Position numbers and translations under genes: made by a program. From a bacterium (GTDB taxonomy: Bacteria > Hinthialibacterota > Hinthialibacteria > Hinthialibacterales > Hinthialibacteraceae): a stretch of 23,943 bases of DNA. Positions 8,243 through 17,400 of this stretch are shown here, in pieces (positions within the stretch are counted from its first letter, which is position 1; each line of letters begins with the position of its first letter). The notes beneath the pieces were generated by a model. That model worked only from the letters and a program-made list of their open reading frames with translations, searched no databases and was not told the DNA's origin. Location: the NCBI GenBank assembly GCA_041946805.1, contig JBHGBC010000091.1, positions 1 through 23,943 on the forward strand. The letters are read 5' to 3'.

Positions 8243-9604
8243 ATGACGGAAACCTCCAAGCCCACCGCCTTTCACCTCCCCAAGTCATTCGGCGTATTCG
8301 ACCTGGTCAGCATATTTGTGGGGATCATCATCGGCAGCGCCATATACCAGACGCCGTCCACGATCGCCGGGATTTTGGGTTCTCCCGCTTGGATCCTGTT
8401 GGTGTGGATCCTGGGCGGCTTGCTTTCGTTCCTGGGCGCGCTGGTGTATGCGGAACTCGCGTCCGCCTATCCCCGCGAGGGGGGAGATTATTTTTTCCTG
8501 CATCACGCGTACGGGCCGTGGGCGGGATTTTTATATGCCTGGGGGCGGCTGGTGGTCATCCATACCGGGAACATCGCCAGCATGGCCTACATCGCCGGAA
8601 ATTACGGGACCCAGCTGGTGGCGTTTTCTCATTCGCAAACCGTGTACGCCCTCGCGGCGGTGATTCTGCTCACCGGGATCAATTGCCTGGGCATCCGGCA
8701 AGGCAAATGGACCCAAAACCTGCTGACTTCCACCAAGGTCTTGGGACTGGTGGGAGTGATTGCGGTCGCCATGTTCGTGCGGGCGGTTCCCGCGGAACCG
8801 GCCGGAGCGGCGGCCTCGCCGGGCGCGGTCACCTTTGGGGGGCTGTTCATGGCCTTGATATTCGTGCAATTCACGTTTGGGGGCTGGAGCGACTGCGCCT
8901 TCGTGGCCGCCGAGGTCAAGAATCCCGAGCGGAACATCCTGCGCTCCCTGCTATTGGGCATGGCGCTGGTCACGGCCATTTATTTGCTGGTGAACGTGGC
9001 CTTGATCATGGCCCTGGGCGTGCCGGGCATGGCCGCCTCGAAGAGCGTCATGGCCGATGTTCTGAACCTGGGTTTCGGCCGGACCGGGGCGGGATTGCTC
9101 AGCGTGTTGGTGGTCATTTCGGCGTTGGGATCCGTCAACGGGATGGTGCTCACCGGGGCGCGTATTTTTCACGCCTTCGGACGCGATCACACCTTGTTCC
9201 GGTTCATGGGCCAATGGAACCAGGAGAAGGGGGCGCCGCGGGTGGCCTTTCTCGTGCAGGGGATCATATCCGCCATTCTGGTGCTGCTGGGCACTTTTGA
9301 ATCGCTCATCATTTACACCACGGCGGCGCATTGGATTTTTCTCAGCGGCGTGGGCGCTGCGCTTTTCGTATTTCGATACCGGGAACCGGGCGTGGCGCGT
9401 CCCTACCGGGTGCATTTCTATCCGTTCATTCCTCTGCTATACATTGCGTCCTGCCTGATGCTGGTGTACAGCAGTTTGACGTACGCCAACACCGTCGCGC
9501 CGTACGGCGCGGGGATCGGCTTCCTGCTCGTCTTGTCCGGCCTGCCTTTTTATTGGATATCCAACCGATGGCGTGGTCCAGCGGGGGGAGCGGAGATCCA
9601 ATGA
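8243..9604 (+). CDS. APC-superfamily amino acid/polyamine permease
   Basis: Motifs GIIIGSAIY, YAELASAYPREGGDY, FGGWS, AEVKNPERNI and RPYRV; about 12 TM segments. ATG lies 5 nt after the Nudix stop. Confidence 0.93.
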   Translation: MTETSKPTAFHLPKSFGVFDLVSIFVGIIIGSAIYQTPSTIAGILGSPAWILLVWILGGLLSFLGALVYAELASAYPREGGDYFFLHHAYGPWAGFLYAWGRLVVIHTGNIASMAYIAGNYGTQLVAFSHSQTVYALAAVILLTGINCLGIRQGKWTQNLLTSTKVLGLVGVIAVAMFVRAVPAEPAGAAASPGAVTFGGLFMALIFVQFTFGGWSDCAFVAAEVKNPERNILRSLLLGMALVTAIYLLVNVALIMALGVPGMAASKSVMADVLNLGFGRTGAGLLSVLVVISALGSVNGMVLTGARIFHAFGRDHTLFRFMGQWNQEKGAPRVAFLVQGIISAILVLLGTFESLIIYTTAAHWIFLSGVGAALFVFRYREPGVARPYRVHFYPFIPLLYIASCLMLVYSSLTYANTVAPYGAGIGFLLVLSGLPFYWISNRWRGPAGGAEIQ

Positions 9605-9697
9605 GAAACCATAATAAAACTTTAGACTTGTTTTAATATCGAGTTTCAGGTATCCTACTCTCTCATTGACTCTTGCCCGGGGAAGGTATAGGGATTG

Positions 9698-10264
9698 ATG
9701 CGGTATTCCTACACTTTTTTCATAAGTTATTTGTTATTGATATTTTTTACGATGGTACTGCTTACTTATTGTGAAATATGGACAGGGATCAGCTTGCCGA
9801 GGGGTGTCTATCTAACCCTGGCGGCGGTTCTGGCGGTTCCGGTGATCCTCCTGGCCGGGGGCTATTGGTGGAAACCGGGATTGACCGGCTATCTGGTCTG
9901 TTTGGTTGGTTTATACTCACTTTATGCAGTTCCATGGAACGCGCGCAAGGCGTTTCAGCAGGATTCAGGCCGCGTACGCACCGGCATGACCGCCGCCGAG
10001 GTGGATCGCGTCCTGGCCAAGCATGTCAAGGAAGCGGCCGCGGGAGAGTTGGATTCCAGGCTGGAGAAGACTCCGCCGATCGAGGCTGTCCGGCCGGAGA
10101 GCGGGGGCGTTTTCGAATTCGCGGACGCCGCGGGCGCGCACGCCGGCGCGGAAGGCTCCGGATACGCGATCTACCGTCCCGGCGGGGGGTATCAGGGGAA
10201 GGAGCGGTGTGTGATCCGCTTTGAAGGCGGGCATGTGGTCAGCGTGGAATACCGGAGGGATTGA
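9698..10264 (+). CDS. Hypothetical membrane protein with a C-terminal SmpA/BamE-like motif
   Basis: Three N-terminal hydrophobic segments, then VRTGMTAAEVDRVL and a C-terminal IRFEGGHVV. Confidence 0.65.
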   Translation: MRYSYTFFISYLLLIFFTMVLLTYCEIWTGISLPRGVYLTLAAVLAVPVILLAGGYWWKPGLTGYLVCLVGLYSLYAVPWNARKAFQQDSGRVRTGMTAAEVDRVLAKHVKEAAAGELDSRLEKTPPIEAVRPESGGVFEFADAAGAHAGAEGSGYAIYRPGGGYQGKERCVIRFEGGHVVSVEYRRD

Positions 10265-10289
10265 AGACTCTACCGGATCGTGGAGGCGC

Positions 10290-10910
10290 TCAATCGCAAT
10301 CCGGCGGCCATTCGGGATGCCGGTGGTGATCGAACATCCGGGCGATCTGTTGAGGAGTCACCCGCATGACCGAGAGGGGAGGGATTTCGCCTTCCCGGAA
10401 GAATCCCACGTCCGCCGTTTCCACACTGGGCACGGGCCGGCCGCCGGTGATTTCACACCGGAAAAAAAACTTGTAAATATGAAAGGGAAGGGGCGGACGG
10501 TGCGGATGGCGGGTCCGGTCATACACGGCGAGCAGTTGGACGACACGCGTCTCGTATCCCGATTCCTCGAGAACTTCCTTGACGACATTTTCGCGGGGCG
10601 ACAGGCCGGGTTCGGCCCATCCGCCGGGGAGGGTCCAGGCGTTGTCGGCCCGTTCCTTCACCAGCAGAAGGGCGTCATTCTGAAAGACCACGCCGCGGAC
10701 ATCCACCTTGGGGGTGGCGTATCCCGACTCATGCATAAATAAATTCAATACCGGTTCGAGGATCACTCCCGCTCCCGCGGCCATGATTTCCGCGGCCACC
10801 CGCCGCACGGCTTCATAACGTTCCCGGTCGAAGGGATTGGCGGCGTATTCCAGCCCGTTCTGGGAAATGGCCTGCAAACGCCGGGCCCAATCCAGCCATT
10901 GTGCTTCCAC
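10290..10910 (-). CDS. Nudix hydrolase with N-terminal Nudix_N-type extension (ADP-ribose pyrophosphatase-like)
   Basis: WARRLQAISQNGL..Y..NPFDRERY, GYATPKVDVRG and WTLPGGWAEPGLSPRENVVKEVLEESG. AAAGGAG SD before GTG. Confidence 0.93.
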   Translation of the reverse strand: MEAQWLDWARRLQAISQNGLEYAANPFDRERYEAVRRVAAEIMAAGAGVILEPVLNLFMHESGYATPKVDVRGVVFQNDALLLVKERADNAWTLPGGWAEPGLSPRENVVKEVLEESGYETRVVQLLAVYDRTRHPHRPPLPFHIYKFFFRCEITGGRPVPSVETADVGFFREGEIPPLSVMRVTPQQIARMFDHHRHPEWPPDCD

Positions 10911-11069
10911 AACCGGCTCCTTTCCGATGATCGTTCCGGCCGCGTCCGGCCGCTGTAAATCGCCTCCAGAGAAACTATACTGGATAGGATCGCTTTGGTA
11001 AGCGCATCAGAAAACATCCAGGCCGCCTGGACGGCCCAGGCCGGCACCCGTTGAGATGGGAGTGAAACC

Positions 11070-11936
11070 ATGTCATCCGCCAATACTTCTGTATACGACG
11101 TGACCGCCGACAATTTTGAAGCCATGGTCCTGCAGGCGCCGCCGGGGACCGTCGTCCTGGTCGATTTCTGGGCGCCCTGGTGCGCGCCTTGCCGGCAGTT
11201 GGGTCCCGCCCTCGAAAACATCGCGGGATCGTACAAAGGGCGGGTGCGCGTGGCCAAGGTCAACGTGGACGAAAATCCCGATCTCAGTGAAGCCTTCGGC
11301 ATCCAGGGCATTCCCGCCGTCAAAATCTTCCGGGATGGTGAGATGATCAGCCAGTTCACCGGCGCCGCGCCGGAGGGGGAGATCCGCCGCCTGCTGAGCC
11401 GGTTTATCTCGTCCGAAACCGATGACGGAATCGAACGGGGGCGTTCGTATCTGCGGGCCGGCGATCTGGCCAAGGCCGGACAGTGTTTCCAAAAAATTCT
11501 GGAGAATGATCCCGCCAACACGGCCGCCCGGCTTGAACTCGCGCGTTTGGCCCTGCTGCAAGACGATCTGGAGGCCGCGCGGCAGCACGCCGGGGCGGTC
11601 GAACCGGGCGCCCCCGATTACGACGAGGCCCAGAGAATAGTCAACCGGGCGGAGTTTCTTGCCGAGTGCCAGGGATTCGGGGACAAGAGCGAGCTGTTAC
11701 GGCAGGTTCAGGCGGATGAGGCCAATCTCGACGCCCGCTACCGCCTGGCGCTTTGCCTGGCCGCCGCGGAAGAGTATCCCCAGGCGCTCGAGGAATTGAT
11801 CAAGGTTCTGCAGAAAAACAAGAATTACAAGGAAGGCGCGGCCAAGAACGCCATGCTGAGGATTTTCACTCTGGTGGGTTCCCGCAGCCCGTTGGCCAAC
11901 GAGTACCGGGAGAAATTGTCCTGGATATTGTATTGA
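11070..11936 (+). CDS. cnoX: Thioredoxin-TPR chaperedoxin (YbbN/CnoX family)
   Basis: VLVDFWAPWCAPC thioredoxin domain, TPR-like helices and C-terminal YREKLSWILY. Confidence 0.88.
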   Translation: MSSANTSVYDVTADNFEAMVLQAPPGTVVLVDFWAPWCAPCRQLGPALENIAGSYKGRVRVAKVNVDENPDLSEAFGIQGIPAVKIFRDGEMISQFTGAAPEGEIRRLLSRFISSETDDGIERGRSYLRAGDLAKAGQCFQKILENDPANTAARLELARLALLQDDLEAARQHAGAVEPGAPDYDEAQRIVNRAEFLAECQGFGDKSELLRQVQADEANLDARYRLALCLAAAEEYPQALEELIKVLQKNKNYKEGAAKNAMLRIFTLVGSRSPLANEYREKLSWILY

Positions 11937-12032
11937 GTGAGAATCCCGAGTGGCAGCTGGGGACGGGCCGATTTCCAGCCGGCGAAAGTATTTCGGGTCA
12001 ACCAGAAAGATCAAGCGGAAAGGCAGGTTTTT

Positions 12033-12065
12033 CCCTCACCCCGGTCCTCTCCCAAAGGGAGAGGG
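12033..12065 (+). repeat. BoxC-like repeat
   Basis: CCCTCACCCCGGTCCTCTCCC-AAA-GGGAGAGGG between the convergent cnoX and thiO genes. Confidence 0.85.
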
Positions 12066-12170
12066 AGAGCCGCAAAATGAGGGCCTCTCGAACTCCACCC
12101 GAACGCCGGCGGCCGAATCATAAGGCAGAGATATCATTTTCCATTTCACTTTTCCTCTATCATCCCTCAC

Positions 12171-13256
12171 TCACACCGCGTAGGGCGCGGGATCCACGAT
12201 CGGCGGCCGGCCCAGGATGATGTCCGCCAACAAGCGGGCCGACGCGGGGGCCAGGACCACTCCGCTGCGGAAATGGCCGGCGTTGATGTACAAACCTTCC
12301 AGCGTGGGATGCCGTCCGATCACCGGCACGTTGTCCGCCTTGCCCGGCCGCAGACCCGCCCAGTGTTTTTCGATGGCGAAATTCTCCAGGCCGGGAATCA
12401 TCCGCCGGGCCGCGCCGTGGAGCAGGTTGACCGCTTCCGGCGTTGTGTTTTTATCGAAACCCACGTATTCCACCGTGCTTCCGGCTACAATCCGCCCATC
12501 CGCCCGCGGGATGACGTAATGGTCCTGGTGCATGACCATCCGGGCCAGCCAGCCGGGATCGCCCTGGTAGAGGATGATCTGTCCCCGCACCGGCCGGATA
12601 TCGACATCCACATGGACCTGAGCCAGAAAGGTCCGGCTCCACGCGCCGGTGGCAATCACCACATAATCGGCCTCCAGCGGTCCCGCGGGCGTTTCCACGC
12701 CCGTAATCTTCCCATGGCGGCTGATCAGGGAGCGCACGGGTGAATCTTCCAGCACATGCACGCCCATGCGCCGCACGGCGGACTGCAAGGCCCGCAACAA
12801 CCGGGGGGGGCGGATCTGGGCGATGCGGGGGAGCCAAAGCGCTTCGTGAAATTCACGGAGATTGAGCCGGGGCTCGTGTTTGACCAGTTCGTCTCCCTGG
12901 AGATATTCCAGAGGCGTTCGGTGTTGTATGGCCCAATCCCGCGCCAGAGCTTCCTCCTCCGCATCCAGGATCAGCATCCCCGAGAGCCGCCATTCGGGAT
13001 CGACGCCGCTTTCCTCCTGGAGCCGCTGAGCGAGATGGGGGTATTGATTTTCCGCCCAGCGCGCAAGGACCGTAACGGCGTGGGGATGGCGCCATGGGTA
13101 CATCGGCGAGAGGATGCCGCTGCTCGCCCACGAGGCCTCCCGCCCCACGCGCTGGCGCTCCACCACGGTGACGGAAAGCCCCGCCTCCCGCAGTTCCCGC
13201 GCGGTCATCAATCCGATGATCCCTCCGCCGGCGACAAGGCAATCCGGTTTCATCAT
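12171..13256 (-). CDS. thiO: Glycine oxidase (FAD-dependent, DAO family)
   Basis: GGGIIG dinucleotide motif, EASWASSGIL, PVRGQ, YVIPRADG, GSTVEYVGFDK, HWAGLRP and GHFRSGVVLAPASA. Confidence 0.88.
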   Translation of the reverse strand: MMKPDCLVAGGGIIGLMTARELREAGLSVTVVERQRVGREASWASSGILSPMYPWRHPHAVTVLARWAENQYPHLAQRLQEESGVDPEWRLSGMLILDAEEEALARDWAIQHRTPLEYLQGDELVKHEPRLNLREFHEALWLPRIAQIRPPRLLRALQSAVRRMGVHVLEDSPVRSLISRHGKITGVETPAGPLEADYVVIATGAWSRTFLAQVHVDVDIRPVRGQIILYQGDPGWLARMVMHQDHYVIPRADGRIVAGSTVEYVGFDKNTTPEAVNLLHGAARRMIPGLENFAIEKHWAGLRPGKADNVPVIGRHPTLEGLYINAGHFRSGVVLAPASARLLADIILGRPPIVDPAPYAV

Positions 13257-13495
13257 GCTTGGAAATCCGATCTGGCGATGAGGTGAAGCGTACGCGGGAA
13301 ATTATACCCGGGCCGGCGGGGAGGCGCATGGAGATCATTTCAACGAGACGCAGGAGAGCCATCCTTTAATGAGCAGACCGCGAACAAAACTCTCATCCTG
13401 AAGGGATCAAGCCACAAACGGGAATGGGCGTTATCTTCCTCAACCGCCAGGATTCAACCGGGAACCGTTCGGCTCATTTTTTCCCCCCAGGAATC

Positions 13496-13612
13496 TTAAA
13501 ACAATTTTCGTTTAATTAGATCGAAGAACAGAAAGAAGATCACCCCGAGTAGCAGGAGGATGGTCAGCGTATCGCTCGGTAAATTCATGACATTCAAATC
13601 AGCCAATTGCAT
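13496..13612 (-). CDS. Unlisted 38-aa single-TM small protein MQLADLNVMNLPSDTLTILLLLGVIFFLFFDLIKRKLF
   Basis: Manual translation from ATG 13612 to TAA 13496. GAGGA SD 9 nt upstream; uncharged hydrophobic run followed by a basic KRK tail. Confidence 0.65.
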   Translation of the reverse strand: MQLADLNVMNLPSDTLTILLLLGVIFFLFFDLIKRKLF

Positions 13613-13657
13613 GACGCGGAATCCTCATCCTATAATGGGATACAATTGTATCGTATC
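13607..13657. promoter_or_regulatory. Plus-strand promoter TTGCAT-N18-TATAAT and perfect palindrome GATACAATTGTATC
   Basis: -35 at 13607-13612, -10 at 13631-13636, palindrome at 13639-13652. Confidence 0.5.
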
Positions 13658-13857
13658 ACAAGGGGAAAATATATCAATATCTAGTATTATTATGTGGAAA
13701 CTGAATATTGTTTGGCATAAAGCATGCATCCAATCCAAGATTATCATCACGTTACCTCAGAGGTTCGCGATTAGCTCCAAGGTTTACCATTAAACTCTAT
13801 CGCGGCCGTGTCATAATGCCAACCGCGAAAATCGAACAAAAAGTCAGGAGGCAAGGC

Positions 13858-14325
13858 ATGGCCGATCCGATTGTCATGGCATGGCAAACGCATTGCCGGT
13901 TGAGCCAGGAGTTTTGGGGCGCGATACCGGCCGCGTCGTTGGAGCGAAAAGCGGCGGTCCAGGGGCGTTCCATCGGGCAAATGCTGGCGCATATTCACAA
14001 CAACCGCCTGAATTGGCTGGAACCCCTGGTGCCGGACTTGGCGCGGGGCATTTCCAAGATTCCGAAAGATGCGCCAAATGATCCCACCCGGTTTATGGAC
14101 GCGTCGCGGGCTTCAGGGGAAGCGGTGGAAAAACTCCTGGCGCGCAGCCTGGAAGCGGGAGGCGCGGTGAAGGGTTTCCGGGGCCACGCGGCGAATTTTC
14201 TGGGATACCTGATCGCGCACGAATCATACCACAATGGACAAATCGCCATGGCGTTGAAGCAGGCGGGAACGCCGGTCGGCAAGCAAGCCGCCTACGCGCT
14301 GTGGGATTGGCGCGTCCCGAAGTGA
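13858..14325 (+). CDS. DinB/YfiT-family protein
   Basis: AGGAGG SD 6 nt before ATG 13858. RSIGQMLAHI and LIAHESYHNGQI supply the His triad. Confidence 0.88.
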   Translation: MADPIVMAWQTHCRLSQEFWGAIPAASLERKAAVQGRSIGQMLAHIHNNRLNWLEPLVPDLARGISKIPKDAPNDPTRFMDASRASGEAVEKLLARSLEAGGAVKGFRGHAANFLGYLIAHESYHNGQIAMALKQAGTPVGKQAAYALWDWRVPK

Positions 14326-14344
14326 AAGGAGAGATGGCCGGTTT

Positions 14345-14374
14345 GATGGATTACGCTTCGCTATCCCATCCTGC
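14345..14374 (-). repeat. REP-like palindrome GCAG-GATGGGATAGCGAAGCGTAATCCATC
   Basis: Tetranucleotide followed by an imperfect hairpin closed by GATGG/CCATC, lying between convergent genes. Confidence 0.7.
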
Positions 14375-14400
14375 ATTCGCTACGTTTGCGCCATCCCTTG

Positions 14401-17400
14401 TCATTCGTAATACGCGACGATCTCGATGCGGTCCTCGCCGGGGGTGACGCGTACCCATTCTTTTTCCGGATCGAAATCGTCATGCGCGTCGCCGTTCACG
14501 AGGCACCGGATCATGCGTTTGCCCTCGGGATGCCGGAAGCGGGCGTAGATTTCCCGGGGCGGATTGCGCCGCGGGGGATCGATCGTCATCCGGATATACC
14601 CCTTATTGACCTGGGATTCCATCTCCATGGACAGGATGCCAAAGTACGTGACCGACTGTTCGATGCCGATTTTCTGCCCGTCCGCCAGCCAGTAGCGGGG
14701 GAGGGCCGCGCCCAGCCAGAGTTGATCGCCTTTTTCCATGGCGAACATCAGCCGCAGCCAATAGGTGGAGTTGGCCTCGTCGGAGGATTTGTAATGGTCG
14801 CCGCGCCAGTCGCCGATGGAGGGCAGGGCGTGCTCGGTCATCATGCGCGTGTCGGGGAAATAGCTGGCGGCGAAGGCGTTGAAATACGCGCGCAGGAAAT
14901 GTTCCGGTTCGTCGCGCTGGAGGTATGGGATGGGATTGCAGAGCAGGTTGGCCTGCATGGAGATGCCGCCGTGACTGAACCAGAAGCGTTCAAAATCATG
15001 GCCGGTCAGGTTGTAGCCGTATTGTTCGGATAGATACAAGTTGTCTTCGAAATCCTTGATGATCCAGGTGGAGCGGCGGTCCCACGGTTCCAGCGCGCCG
15101 CAGCGGACCAGGTGGATGGCTCCCTCCAGGGTTTCCGTGAGCCAGCCGAACGAGCGCCCGCGGCGGTGGACTTCGGACGGGATATGGGGAATCCAGCTGC
15201 CGTCGCGCAGGCGGACCACGGGGCTGCGCCGCATGGCCTCGGTGAATCCGTTCAGAATCGCCTGGTGATAATCTTCGGCATCCGCCAGCAAGCGCTCGGC
15301 CTCGGGGTGTTGGATGGCGGCGAGGGCCTCCGCGGCGTTTTTCATGCCCCACCAACTATAAATATTGTTGGAAAGCCACACGCGCCAGTCGCCGATGTCT
15401 TCGAGACTGCCGGGAGGCAGCAGGCCGTGTTCGATCGCGCGCAGCGGCAGTTTTACGGCCTCCGCTTCGTTCCGGCGGCGCTGCTGGGTGATCCAATCGC
15501 AGGCCTGCGCGATATTCGGCGCCACCCGGTTGAGCCAGGCGGAGTCGCGGGTGTACCAATAATGCTCGCCCAGGCACCACAGCACCCATCCGTGATGCTG
15601 GTTGTAGCCGCCGGCCTCGTAGCCGCCCGCGCCGTAGAACTCTCCCTCGGCGGTGGAGTAGTCGCCCGGCAGCGCCACCGAGCCCTGGTAGTGGATCCAC
15701 GATTCGAGGGCCTGGCGGGCGCGCTCGTGGTAGCCGCGGCGGTCGAGATCGCTGATCATCATGCACGATTCATTGCTGTACACGCCGTAGTGGAAGGTGC
15801 CCACCTTGGCCATGTAGCGGTCGCTGAGGCCCACTTCGCGTTCCGTGTTGATGAGCAGGTGGGCGGCGTGGGCGCGGTAGAACTCATTGATCATTGGCTC
15901 GGGGGTGTGGATCCGGGTTCCCGCGTCGATCCGGCCTCGCCAGTACTGGCTGACGCCCTGGTAGGCTTCTTCCCAATCCAAAGCGGCCAGTTGGTTCCAT
16001 TCGTTCTCGAAGGTCAACGTGATGAAGGGGATAAAAATCTCCAATGTTTGACTGGACAGGGGAGGGAGATACGCTTGATATTCCAGGGGCTTTTCGGCTT
16101 CCTTCCACTCGAATTCGCCGGTCTTGGCGAAGCTCCGAACCAGGAAGCGGGGAAGCGGACCTTCCTTGGTTTGGGCGATCGCCTGATCGCCAACCAGCAC
16201 CAGTTTTTGCTCCCCCTCCGCGCAGGAAACGCTGAATGGCATGACCACCTCTTGATCTTCGCTGGTGGGATTTTCCAGATCCACGCGCATCATCAGCACC
16301 AGGGTGTCATCCGCCCACACGCGGCCGCCGGCGTTGGGAATCCCCAAAAGGGGAATGGCAAACGCGGTTTGCGCGTACCGGATGCCGTTGGCTTCCCAGT
16401 GGGAGGAGATGACCGGCAAGTCACCGTCCAACAATTCCCGCGCGGTGGGTTGGCCTCCAGGTAAACCCAACCGATACGTGATGCTCCCTCCGCTCCACAG
16501 GCAGCGGTCCGTGTCCTTGCCGCGGATGCGGGAGATCCAGCTGCCATTGATGCAGGTCACGTGGCCGTTTTCATCCAACTGGAAATGCTGGCGGCTGCCC
16601 TCGAAGCTGAGGGGGATGTAGTGCGCGGCCTTGGCGGGCATGTCGTTCCAGGCCTGGGTGAAGGTTTGCTCGGGGACTTGGAATACGCGCGTGTAGAGAT
16701 CGCGATTTTTTTCTTGAGTCCATTTTTCCTGGGCGGAGGCCAAGGTTTCCTTTTCCCCCGCCAGGCGCGCGAGCACGCCGTAATCGGGTATGAAAATGGT
16801 TTTCCAGCGGATCAGATCGGACAGGGCGAAGGAGAAGGTTTCCTGCCGGGCGCGGACGGTGAGGATGGATTCATCGAACGAGTTGTATCCCTGGGGCTTC
16901 GCGTGGAGGATCCGGGCGCGGATGCCGTCCACCTGGTCCCGGGTGGTGGATTTCCAGGAAAAATCCGGGGCTACCGCCACGCGGCTGCCGCTGGAGAGCG
17001 GTTCCACCTGGAGGACATGGGCGTTGAAGGCTTCGAGGCGGCCGCTCCAGTCTTGTTCGTCCTGGGCGGTACCGCCCCATTCGATTTCCACGGTCTGCTC
17101 TTGCCAGGTGGAATCGGTGAAGGCTTGCAGGGAGGCGATCTTGGGCAGCGGCTGGCCCGAGATGACGCGCAATTTCAAGGTCGCGCGGTAGATGGCGTCG
17201 AAATCGCCCACATCATCGAATTCTTGCGCGTTGATGGGGTTGAATGTGTATTCATAGGCATTGCCGTTGACCGTCAGGTTCACGTCGGCATCCTGCCACC
17301 GGCCCTGGTACCAGTCGCCGATGTCCAGCCAGCCCGAGCTGCCCGCGCCGGAGGGTTCATCGCGGGGAATGCGGCGCTGCGGCCAGGTGGCTTTCCAGTA

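Noticed and set aside
13257..13495. TPP riboswitch upstream of thiO
   Set aside because: No CTGAGA / ACCTGA core is visible on the minus strand; only a TATAAT at 13306-13301.
13560..13793. 77-aa plus-strand ORF preceded by AGGAGG
   Set aside because: The SD-like sequence abuts the ATG with no spacer and is explained by Leu/Ile codons of the minus-strand peptide.
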